From an uncultured Planctomycetota bacterium (lineage in GTDB: Bacteria; Planctomycetota; Planctomycetia; Pirellulales; Lacipirellulaceae): a DNA stretch of 64,000 bases. Every line of letters begins with the position of its first letter. The first letter of the stretch is position 1. A program made the position numbers and the translations under genes. Shown piece by piece: positions 19,781 through 29,397 of the stretch. The DNA lies in contig CAVRBU010000004.1 in NCBI GenBank assembly GCA_963719315.1, forward strand, positions 384,001 to 448,000, given 5' to 3'. The notes beneath the pieces are model-generated. The model did not search any database, was not told the DNA's origin, and was given only the letters and a program-made list of their open reading frames with translations.

Positions 19781-22700
19781 TCAGCGGCCATTTCGGCCGC
19801 CTAGCAAAACGAGCGCAATGCCGATTCCCAGCATGGACCACGTCGCCGGCTCGGGCACGGCGGCCGATAACGAGGCGCCGGTTGCGAATGCTTGGCCGAA
19901 ATGAATTCGCCACGTTTCGTAGTCGGCCGGTGTATATGTGGTGCCCAAGCCTTTTCGCCAGACGACGTAGTCGGCCGCATCGACTCGGCCATCGTCATTG
20001 AAGTCGCCCAGGGCCTGTACCACCAGATCGACGGATGTATTCGTTGCGTTGTTAATCAGGCTGTAAGCGAAACCGGGCGGGGTGATCCCGAATGAGATGT
20101 TGCCGAGATTGCCATTGAGCGTTCCCGAGTAATCGATGAGGGCGTAGGTGCCGCCGGTCATGCTGCCGGCGTTCGTGAGATTCAGTGTTCCACCGTTGAT
20201 CGTCAGACCGTTCGTCGCGGTGACGTTGATCAGGTCGCTGGAATCTACATCCAGGATGGTATCCAGTTCGAAGTCCAGGATCGAACCGGCGGCTAATGTC
20301 AGTGATCCGACGTCCAGTGACTCGAGGCTCGCGCCTGGAGCCATATGAGCGCCGGCGTTGACGGTGACAGCGCCTGCAATCGCGCCCGTTCCGCCGAGCG
20401 TGGCCCCGGAATTGACGACGACTGGCCCGGAGCCCGTGCCGCTGTTGGCAATGTTGTTCACCAGCAGTTTGCCGCTATTGATGATCGTGCCACCGCTATA
20501 GGTATTGGAACCGCTCAGCTCGAGCGTGCCGGCGCCGCTCTGCGCGACAGCGCCGGCGCCGCTGACAACGCCGGCAAAGGTCAAGTTGTCTGAGCGGTCG
20601 AAAGCGAGGGTGGCGTTGTTGAGAAAGTTGCCGGAAATCGCGCCGGTCGTGCCGCCGCCGCCGACTTGCAGCGTGCCGCCTACGATGGTCGTGCCACCGG
20701 AGTGCGCGATCGTTCCGGTGAGCACCAGTGTGCCTGAGAATTCTTTGAGCAGCGCGCCCGTGCCGTTGATGGCGCCGGGAAATGTCGAGAGGTGATCATT
20801 CGAAAACGTGAGCAGTCCACTGTTGGCGATAGCAGTCGCGCCAGGCCGCCGGTGTTGAGAGCGCCACCCCAGCCGATGCGCAGGCTCGAACCGCTGTCGA
20901 TCGTTGTGGTCCCGGTGTAGGTGTTGTTGGCGACGAAGACTTCGGTCTTTGCGCCGGAAATGAGGACGCTTCCGGCACCGGAAATGACGGTGGCGTTGGT
21001 TGTGTTCTGCGTCGGACCGCCGGCGGCGTGGTTAAACTCGAGCGTCGTGCCGGCGGCGAGCGAAATCGTCGGTAGCGTCGGCGGCAAACCGGCGTAGGCG
21101 ATCGGGTCGTAACCGGGCAGGAAGCCCATCGAGCCGCCATTGCCGACCTTCAAAGTGCCGCCACTGACCATTATGTTGCTGAGCCAGGAGCTGGATAGAC
21201 CGCTGCGCGGTGTCGATTGTACCAGGACCAGCGTACCGCCGCCGGTTTTGATTAGAGTGTTGGCCGCGGCGCCGCCGATCGTGCCGTCCAACGACGTAGT
21301 AATGCCCGCTGCGTTGTCAATGGTCGCATCGACGCTGTTGATGCTAACGGCACGCGTGGACGAGAAGCTGGCAGTGGCAGTGAGCGTTCCGCCGCCGAAT
21401 GTGACACCCCCGCCGCTGCCAAGGTTTGCATCCGCCGCGACAAGAAGCGTACCCTCATTGATGATTGTTCCACCACTGTACGAGTTGGCGGCACCTAGCA
21501 CGAGTGTACCCGCGCCGGTTTTGGTCAGCGAGCCTCCGCTGATTGCGCCGAGGATTCCATTGTTGACGTCGGTGTCGATCACCCCTCCGCCAGCGCCGAG
21601 CATGATCTGCCGCTGTGCGGTGAGTGTTAAATTGTTCTGATTGAAGCGTAGCGTCGCGCCGTTGTTGATGACGACGTTGACGGCGGGCGAGGCCGGGTTG
21701 GCGCCAGGGCGCCGCTGATGATCCCCAGCACGCCTGCATTGATCGTCGTGCCGCCGGTGTAGGAGTTATTCACGGCAAGATTGAGCGTGCCCGGGCCGTT
21801 CTTGACCAGCCCCGCGCTGCCGGCGACGTCGGAGCTGATCATGGCCGTGACACCGGCATCGGTGGTGATGGTCGGTCCGGTCAGCGTGAGCGTCGATCCG
21901 GCGATCGCGTAGCCGTTGGTTTTGAACGCGAGGCTATTCGCCGATTGCGGCGCGGATAGCGTTACCATGCCGGGCGTGCCCCAAAAGACGGCGTTATTGC
22001 CCGCGGCCCAGGGCTCGTTGGTCGTGCCGTTGTACCACTTGCCGGCGGAGGTGTCCCAGTTGCCGCTTCCGCCCAGGCCGCCACCGGTCGAGAGATTGTT
22101 GTTGGCGGCGTTGCCGTCGCTGTCCCAATAGCTGGTGGATGCGGAAAATGGCGCGCCGACGAACGGTGTTCCGTCGTTGTACTTGAACAGATCGCCCGTT
22201 CCACCTTCGAGATCGAACGTCAGTCGATATTTGTTAGCGCTAAGGTACGTGAGCGGTACGACTTCGACCTGCCCATCGTTGCGATTAAGGCGCTGCAGCG
22301 AGTTGATTGTGCTGGCGCCGAAGTCGAAATCGAGCGTGATCCGCTGCGTGCAGTCGGTCGCCAACAACGTGGGGTCCTGCAAATACGCGCCCAGTGCGTT
22401 GGTGACCATGAAATACGCCGTCCCCGCGGGGTCGCCGTACGAGGCCAACAACGGATTGAAGTATCCGATGTAAACGTCGCCCGGATTCCCGCCGTTCTTT
22501 GTCCCCAGGTTTTGGGCCGACACAGATGTCAGGTACCGCTGATTGGGCGGTGCGTGGTCCTTGTTGAACGTGAGCCAATCGATCGGCACGGCATTCGGAT
22601 TGCCGGAAGGGTCCTTTCCCAGCACGATATCTGGCCCGTATCCATAGCTGATGAGCTTCGTCAGTGCCGGGCCGAGGTTCTTGCTCTGACGGGACGTTTC

Positions 22701-23556
22701 CTTGAACTGATCGTAGGTCGGCTGGTGGGGGCTGTTGCCGTTGCCCGAATTGAACAGGTCGGTATTTCCGCCGCCGGCAGTGAAGGCATCCACAAACGTA
22801 TAGCCCAGCGTCCAGGCGGTGAACTGCTGCCAACGCATTTCGAGGTCGCCGGGGTCGCGAGCGCCGTCGCCGCCGTGATAGGTCTGAAGGTACAACCCAT
22901 ACGGCCGCGGCGACGTGCCGCCGGCGCCGATGTAGCTGCCCAGCGCCACGCGGCGGAACAGTTGCGCCTTACCCAGCCAGTTGTTCGGGTAGACCCCGGT
23001 CGTACCGAATGGATACGCGTCCCATGAAATGGCGTCGGGGTTCGCGCTGGCCACGAAATTGAAGTACGCATTGACGTTGCCGATGAACGTGGAATTGACG
23101 TAGAGCAGCTTGTCGGTGAAATAATTGCCGTTGTGGGCGGCGTCGAACCAGGCCTTGGTTGCGCCATTGGGGTTTTCAATATCCGTCTGCTGTTCGTCGC
23201 CGACCTGAATTGCGATCAGATCGGCGTAGTGGGCGGTTTCGGTGCTGTCGAGCGCGGTAGCCGGGCTACCGGTCTCCAGCACCCACTTGCCCCACTTTTG
23301 TCCGGCTGAAAGAACGCCGGGGTTCGACTGGCCGTGACTCCACATCACGGCGTTCATATTCGCGGCGGTGAAGTTGTTGTAGTTGAACGGGTACTGAAAC
23401 GAGTCGGTGTTCAGTCCCCAGATCTGCAACCCGTTGTTGACGAGGAGTTGGTGACCCTTATCGAGCGCGGCGATTTGCGCAGGCGAGCGGCGCTAAAACG
23501 CCGGCAACGGCTGTGGCAATCACGGCTTGGTGGAGTTTTGCTCGGACGCTTCTCAT
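19781..23556 (-). CDS. Large secreted protein: unknown N-terminal domain, autotransporter-associated beta-strand repeats, dockerin-like repeat, PEP-CTERM; frameshifts near 23480, 21705 and 20842
   Basis: Signal MRSVRAKLHQAVIATAVAGVLAPLA; repeated LxKxGxGTLxL..NSYxGGTxINxG; GDFNDDGRVDAADYVVWRK; VPEPATWSMLGIG..GRNGR. Confidence 0.8.
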
Positions 23557-23816
23557 CAAATGAAAGATCGATTCAAGGGCGGCGCACGGTTCCGAGGCGC
23601 CGCCGCATGGAACGAATTTGCCGACTGGTGAGGAGTTCACCTGCTCGCCCCAGTTGTCCCTGCGGAACATCGCCGGGCCATCGGCTGCTGGGGCAAGTAT
23701 TTGGTATGGATTTTCCTCGATTTTCCACGCAAATGCTGCGGAGCACCGCCCGCATGCCGCCCCAACGTGCGATAATGAGATTGTAACCACAAACGATAAT
23801 TGCGGCACGAAATTCG

Positions 23817-25055
23817 ATGAAGTTCCAGTGGGTATTGAGCACGATTTTCGTTTTTGCGGCGGCTCGCGGGCTGGCAGCACCTCCGGCGGATCAGACGATG
23901 CCGGATTGGCGTCATCGTGCCAGCGAGATGGTGGATAAGGAAATCTTGGCGGCCGGTGTGAAGAACGAGCGGGTCGTCCGGGCGATGCGCAGCACGCCCC
24001 GGCATGAGTTCGTGCCCTCGAACGAGCGTGAGCGGGCCTACTTCGACATGGCCCTGCCAATCGGCAATGGGCAGACGATCTCGCCGCCGTTCGTGGTGGC
24101 CACGATGACCGAAGCGATCGATCCGCAGCCGGGTGACCGCGTGCTCGAAATCGGCACCGGCAGCGGATACCAGGCGGCCGTGTTGAGTCCGCTGGTCAGG
24201 GATGTGTACACAATCGAAATTGTGGACGACCTCAGCAAGCGTGCCACGCGAGTGCTGAAGCGGCTCCACTACGACAATGTCCACACACGCGCGGGCGACG
24301 GTTACAAAGGTTGGGCCGAGGCGGCGCCGTTCGACAAGATCATCGTCACTTGTTCGCCGGAAAAAGTACCGCAACCGCTTGTTGACCAACTGCGCGAAGG
24401 CGGCCTGATGGTCGTACCGGTCGGCGAGCGGTATCAGCAGACCTTGTACTTGATGCGGAAGACAAAGGGCGAGTTGAAATCGGAGGCATTGCGGGCGACG
24501 CTCTTCGTGCCGATGACCGGCGCGGCGGAAGAGCAGCGGAAAGTGAAACCCGATCCGGCCCATCCGCGACTGGTCAACGGCAGCTTCGAAGACGTGGCGA
24601 AAGACAAGGACGGCAAAGACGAGTTGGTCGGTTGGCACTATCAGCGACAACTAGAATTGAAATCGGATTCGACCACGCCCGCCGGCAAGCGGTTCGCCGA
24701 TTTCCACAACGTTGATGTCGGGCGCGGTTGCCACGCATTGCAGGGTTTCGCCGTTGATGGACGCCAAGTTTCCTCACTGGAACTGAAATTCTGGGTGCGA
24801 GGCGACAATATCCGGCCGGCAGTGGGGACGGCTGACTGGCCTCGGATGGTGGTCACTTTCTACGATGAGCGGCGGGCCACAGTCGGCGAGGAATCGGTGG
24901 GATCGTTTGCCGGCACCTTCGACTGGCGAGAGGAAACGGGCCGAATTCGTGTCCCCCTGAAAGCCCGCGAGGCCATTCTACGAATCGGGCTTTTGGGCGC
25001 GGTGGGCGAGCTATCATTCGACGATTTGCGGCTGCAAGTAGCTACAGCAAAATGA
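23817..25055 (+). CDS. pcm: Protein-L-isoaspartate O-methyltransferase with signal peptide and C-terminal CBM-like domain
   Basis: PRHEFVP, GQTISPP, VLEIGTGSGYQAAVL, GDGYKGW, APFDKI; extra domain starts LVNGSFE. Confidence 0.88.
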   Translation: MKFQWVLSTIFVFAAARGLAAPPADQTMPDWRHRASEMVDKEILAAGVKNERVVRAMRSTPRHEFVPSNERERAYFDMALPIGNGQTISPPFVVATMTEAIDPQPGDRVLEIGTGSGYQAAVLSPLVRDVYTIEIVDDLSKRATRVLKRLHYDNVHTRAGDGYKGWAEAAPFDKIIVTCSPEKVPQPLVDQLREGGLMVVPVGERYQQTLYLMRKTKGELKSEALRATLFVPMTGAAEEQRKVKPDPAHPRLVNGSFEDVAKDKDGKDELVGWHYQRQLELKSDSTTPAGKRFADFHNVDVGRGCHALQGFAVDGRQVSSLELKFWVRGDNIRPAVGTADWPRMVVTFYDERRATVGEESVGSFAGTFDWREETGRIRVPLKAREAILRIGLLGAVGELSFDDLRLQVATAK

Positions 25056-25324
25056 CTTGCCGCGATTGGCGATGGCGGAAAAATCGCCACCAAAGCGCCA
25101 AGTTTTTCGTCGAATACGCCAATCAAAATCCCAAGGCTCGCTAGCATTCTCCATTTGCCTGCGTCATCGCTCGAAACCCTACTGTCTACGAAGGCGGACA
25201 ATTTTCTCCAGCTTACTTGAATTATGCAGACGTGCTGTTATCCTAGACCCCAGGTTCGCGCTAGCGGACGCCATTGGAAGAACGGGTGTTCTTCGGTTCA
25301 CGGAAAATAGGAGGATTCTCACAC

Positions 25325-25921
25325 ATGTCTTTGAAAAAGAGTTTGTTCGCCGCTTTGGTCGCCGTTACCGCGCTATCGCTGACAGCGGACAGCAGCTACG
25401 GCTTCTTCGGCCGTCATGGTAGCTGCGGTTCTTGGGGCGGGTCGGGTGGTTCTTGGGGCGGCTCGCGCGGCTCCTGGGGCGGCGGTTCCTGTGGTTCTTG
25501 GGGTGGTTCCTACGGATCGGGTGGTTCTTGGGGAAGCTGCGGTAGCTGTGGTGGCTACTCGAGTGTTGGCAATGTGTACTACGGAGGATATTACGGAGGA
25601 TATGCTGTCAGCCGTCCTGTTACGACGACCGTCGTTGCCTCGACACCTGCTGTCAAAACTCGTTTGACGCTCCACGTGCCGGCCGATGCGAAAGTGACGC
25701 TGGCCGGTGTCGCGACGAAGCAGACCGGCGAAGTTCGTCAATTCGCCACCAGCCGTCTGGCCGCGGGTCAGAACTGGGACGACTACAAGGTCGTCGTCGA
25801 AACGACTCGCGGCGGCAAGACGTTGCGTGAAGAGCGGACGCTCAAGCTCACCGGTGGCCAGGACCAAGACTTGGCCGTGAACTTTGAGAACGACAGCAAT
25901 GCTCAGGTCGCGCAGCGTTAG
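25325..25921 (+). CDS. Secreted Gly/Ser/Trp/Cys-repeat protein with C-terminal TIGR03000-like domain
   Basis: AGGAGGA RBS; signal peptide; five GSWG repeats; LTLHVPADAKV..TKQTGEVRQFATSRL..Y.V. Confidence 0.8.
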   Translation: MSLKKSLFAALVAVTALSLTADSSYGFFGRHGSCGSWGGSGGSWGGSRGSWGGGSCGSWGGSYGSGGSWGSCGSCGGYSSVGNVYYGGYYGGYAVSRPVTTTVVASTPAVKTRLTLHVPADAKVTLAGVATKQTGEVRQFATSRLAAGQNWDDYKVVVETTRGGKTLREERTLKLTGGQDQDLAVNFENDSNAQVAQR

Positions 25922-25980
25922 TTTTGATGCTGGCATGCCGGCCATGAATCTGCCCGCACTGCCTCGAATTCGAAGTTTAC

Positions 25981-26024
25981 AGCCCTCGCTCCGGCGGCTA
26001 GTCGGTGCGAGGGCTTTTCATTTT
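25981..26024 (+). terminator. Intrinsic terminator
   Basis: AGCCCTCGC...GCGAGGGCT stem followed by TTTCATTTT. Confidence 0.75.
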
Positions 26025-26090
26025 GATGGCCACTGATTGATCTGGCCTCTTTTACCGCCCGATTGCTAGTATTCGGGGCCGCAGATCAAG

Positions 26091-26168
26091 GATCGGAGCC
26101 CGAAGCGCAAGCAAGGGAGTAATGCGACGCGGTTCGAAAGTCCCTTGCTTGCGCTGCGGGCTCCGATC
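26091..26168. repeat. 28-bp inverted repeat (REP-like doublet)
   Basis: GATCGGAGCCCGAAGCGCAAGCAAGGGA / TCCCTTGCTTGCGCTGCGGGCTCCGATC, one mismatch. Confidence 0.8.
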
Positions 26169-26189
26169 ATGGTCTTTGAAGGAAGCAAC

Positions 26190-26972
26190 ATGGTCGGAGC
26201 TCCCGTCAAACCAACCGCTCAGCCGATTCCGCCGCAGAAGTCGCGTCCGGCGGCGCCGCAGCGTGAAACCGGCGCGCTGCGCCGCAATGGCCGGCCGGGG
26301 CCGATCTTTCGTATCGCAGTCAGCCTGCTGATCGTGTGGCACTTTGCCGGCGTTTTTCTGGCTGGATTGGCCATTCCCGCGACGTCGCCGTTGGTGCTGA
26401 AGATCTCGCAGCAGGGGCCGATGCTGTGGTATCTCGACGCTTTGTATTTGAATCAACAACACTCGTTCTTTGCCCCCGACGTTGGGCCGGGCCACCTCAT
26501 TCGTTATCAACTCTTCGACCAGAGCGGGCGGGTGATGGAGCAGGGGGAGCTGCCGAATCGGAAGAACGAATGGCCGCGACTGTTTTACCATCGCCACATG
26601 ATGCTGGCCGACCAGTCGGAGTTTCCAATCGACGACAAGCAGTACCACGACTATTGGGAGAGGAAGTTCCTGGAGGCATATGCCGATCACTTGCTCCGCG
26701 TGAACGACAACGCCCAGAGCGTGCGATTGCAGCGGATTGCCCATCAGCCGTTGCCGCGCGACTTGGCGTTGCAGGGCAAGCAAATGACGGATCCTGAGTC
26801 GTACCAGTTGCTGATGGAAGTGACGCGTTCCCGGTCGCAACTCGTGCCACCGCCGCCGCCACCTTCTGCGCCGGCTGCCACTCCGCCGCCCGTCAATACG
26901 AACCAGAGTTTGAATTGGCAACGGGATCGCGCGAACGTTGCTAGCCGCTGGTCGGGAGGACCACTGCGATGA
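26190..26972 (+). CDS. Membrane-anchored protein, SdpA/DUF5819-like partner of HTTM protein
   Basis: TM helix with His (LIVWHFAGVF), YLDALYLNQQHSFFAPD motif; ATGA overlap with HTTM gene. Confidence 0.55.
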   Translation: MVGAPVKPTAQPIPPQKSRPAAPQRETGALRRNGRPGPIFRIAVSLLIVWHFAGVFLAGLAIPATSPLVLKISQQGPMLWYLDALYLNQQHSFFAPDVGPGHLIRYQLFDQSGRVMEQGELPNRKNEWPRLFYHRHMMLADQSEFPIDDKQYHDYWERKFLEAYADHLLRVNDNAQSVRLQRIAHQPLPRDLALQGKQMTDPESYQLLMEVTRSRSQLVPPPPPPSAPAATPPPVNTNQSLNWQRDRANVASRWSGGPLR

Positions 26973-27982
26973 TTGCCGCGGCACGCGATTACCTGTCTGA
27001 AGTTTGGGAAGCGTGGAACGAATTCTGGTTCACGCCCTCGAGCCCGACCACGCTGTCGGCTATTCGCGTGCTGGCCGGAGCGATGTTGCTCTACACGCAC
27101 CTGATCTGGTCATTCGGCCTGACCGATTTCTTCGGCGAGTATGGCTGGCTGCCGCAGCAGTTGATGCACGACGCACATCAATTCGTCAGTGATCCGGATG
27201 GTCCCGGTCCGGCTACCGGTTACGCTAATCTGGCCTGGTCGCACTTCAATTACGTCCACTCGCCCAAATTGATGTGGACCGTCCACATCGTTGCGCTCGT
27301 CGTCTTCTTCCTGCTGACGATCGGATTCTTCAGCCGCACGATGGCAATGCTGGGTTTCTTGTTTGCGGTATCGTACGCCAATCGCGTTTCGCCCGGTGCA
27401 TATTTCGGCCTCGATAAAATCAATTGCATGCTGGCGATGTACTTGATGGTGGGGCCGTGCGGAGCGCGGTATTCGCTCGATCGACTCTGGCGTCTCAGGC
27501 GTGGAAACACGGAAGTGCCGCCGACCTCTAGCGCGAACCTGGCGATCCGCCTGATCCAGGTCCATATGTGCATCATTTATTTCTTTTCGGGCGTGGCCAA
27601 AATTCAAGGCCCGCAATGGGTCATGGGTGAAGCGAGTTGGTTGTCGTTCGGCATGCTCGAATATCAATCGCTCGACATGACCTGGCTGGCGAGCCATCCG
27701 TACATCCTGAATTTCATGACGCACGCCACCGTGTTTTGGGAGCTGTCGTACTGTGCGCTCGTGTGGCCCGCGCTCACGCGGCCGTGGGTGCTACTGATGG
27801 CGATCTTCGTCCACGGCGGCATCATCATCGCGTTGGGGATGCCGACGTTCGGCCTCGTGATGCTGATCGGCAACCTGGCGTTCGTCTCGCCGAAGATGGT
27901 CCGCAAGGTGTTCGACCCGCTGGCCCGCCGCGTGTCGCTGGCCGTGGTGGGAAAGGCGACCAAAGCGGCGGCTGGGGAATGA
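26969..27982 (+). CDS. HTTM-domain (SdpB / vitamin K-dependent carboxylase-like) membrane protein
   Basis: WNEFWF, LSAIRV, IGFFSR, YSLDRL, RLIQVHMCIIYFFSGVAKI..W..G, WE, H.GI...G...F. Confidence 0.8.
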   Translation: MIAAARDYLSEVWEAWNEFWFTPSSPTTLSAIRVLAGAMLLYTHLIWSFGLTDFFGEYGWLPQQLMHDAHQFVSDPDGPGPATGYANLAWSHFNYVHSPKLMWTVHIVALVVFFLLTIGFFSRTMAMLGFLFAVSYANRVSPGAYFGLDKINCMLAMYLMVGPCGARYSLDRLWRLRRGNTEVPPTSSANLAIRLIQVHMCIIYFFSGVAKIQGPQWVMGEASWLSFGMLEYQSLDMTWLASHPYILNFMTHATVFWELSYCALVWPALTRPWVLLMAIFVHGGIIIALGMPTFGLVMLIGNLAFVSPKMVRKVFDPLARRVSLAVVGKATKAAAGE

Positions 27983-28011
27983 GAGAGGCCCTCTCGCGCC
28001 GCGAGCGGTCT

Positions 28012-28133
28012 GGTGGTGTCCTAATCTGGCTCTGTTCTGACCGGTACTTTGTAGCACGGACTTCAGTCCGTACGAGAATCACGGACTGAAGTCCGTGCTA
28101 CAAGCTTGTTGTGCCGCAAATTAGGACACCATC
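28012..28133. mobile_element. 122-bp MITE with internal REP doublet, copy 2
   Basis: TIR GGTGGTGTCCTAAT / ATTAGGACACCATC; perfect 8-bp direct repeat AGCGGTCT at 28004-28011 and 28134-28141. Confidence 0.9.
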
Positions 28134-28247
28134 AGCGGTCTACCCTCGTTGTCCGCCTGGCCGGTCGAAACTATACTGAATCGTCTGCCACATTCGTGGC
28201 TAAATACTTCCCGCCTCGTTACTTTTTCCCCTTTAGGAGATCTGTCC

Positions 28248-29266
28248 GTGTTCGATTCGATCGCCATCGTCGGCGCAACCGGCGCCGTGGGCCAGCTCAT
28301 TCGTTCGATGCTCGAGGAGCGGGAGTTCCCGTACGAGAAGATCACGTTTCTCGCCTCCGCTCGGAGCACGGCAATACGATTGAATTCAAGGGCGAAAAGC
28401 ACAAAGTTAAGGAGTTGAAGCCCGAGGCGTTCGAGGGCGTCGAACTGGCGATCGGGAGCACGCCGGACCCAGTGGCCAAAGACTTCGTGCCTTGGGCAGT
28501 GGAGCGGGGCTGCGTCGTGGTGGATGAGAGTGGTTACTGGCGAATGGACCCAAAGGTGCCGTTGGTGATTCCGGAAGTGAACCCCGACGCGGCTCAGAAT
28601 CATCAGGGCATTATTGCCAGCCCGAACTGTTCGACGACTCAAATGGTGGTGGCGCTCAAGCCGCTGCACGATGCGGGCCGCGTTCGGCGGGTCATTGTCA
28701 GCACGTATCAGGCCACGAGTGGTGCCGGCGTCGGCGGCCAGCGCGATCTGCTCAACGGCAGCCGTGCGGCGCTTGAAAACAGGGATCACAAGTACGAAGT
28801 GTTTTCCCACGCGATCGCGTTCAATCTCATTCCGCAGATCGGCTCGGCGAAGCACGCCGGCTACACCTCTGAAGAAATGAAGATGGTGCATGAGACGCAC
28901 AAGATTCTGGAAGATGACACGATTCGGGTCTGTCCGACTTGCGTTCGCGTGCCCGTTTCGAATTGCCACAGCGAGAGCATTCTGGTCGAAACCGAGCGAA
29001 AAATTGGCGTCGACGAGGCCCGCGAGTTGTTTGCATCGTTTCCGGGCATCAAGGTCATCGACGACCTGGCCAACGGCAAATACCCAAAGCCGAGCGATTG
29101 CGATGGGGACGATGGCGTGTTCATCGGCCGCATCCGCGAAGACCTCTCGTGCGACAACGGCTTGGCGTTCTGGTGTGTGAGCGACAACCTCCGCAAAGGC
29201 GCAGCAACGAACGCGGTGCAAATCGCGGAGTTGCTGGTGCGAACGCAGGCTGCCGTCGCGCGTTAA
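28248..29266 (+). CDS. asd: Aspartate-semialdehyde dehydrogenase; frameshift near 28365
   Basis: AGGAGA RBS, AIVGATGAVG, then PLVIPEVN, SPNCST, STYQATSGAG, DNLRKGAATNAVQIAE. Confidence 0.93.
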
Positions 29267-29304
29267 TGCTCGGCAATGGCTGCCCGAAATTAGTGCCACG
29301 CTGA

Positions 29305-29386
29305 ATTTGTCATTGCAAATTTGTAATTTGTCATTGGCCATTTTCGGAAATGACCAATTTCAAATTACAAATGACCAATGACAAAT
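29305..29386. repeat. AT-rich long hairpin built from short tandem units
   Basis: ATTTGTCATTG/CAATGACAAAT and ATTTGTAATTTG/CAAATTACAAAT arms; followed by a T run. Confidence 0.75.
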
Positions 29387-29397
29387 CCTTTTTTTCA

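Noticed and set aside
28248..29266. asd and other split genes as true pseudogenes or programmed frameshifts
   Set aside because: No slippery sites, no further decay, and asd is normally essential; assembly error is more likely
28121..29341. 406-aa minus-strand ORF and similar long antisense ORFs (23637-24650, 46096-47127, 48235-49308, 59481-60638)
   Set aside because: Expected shadows of high-GC coding strands; no recognisable domains
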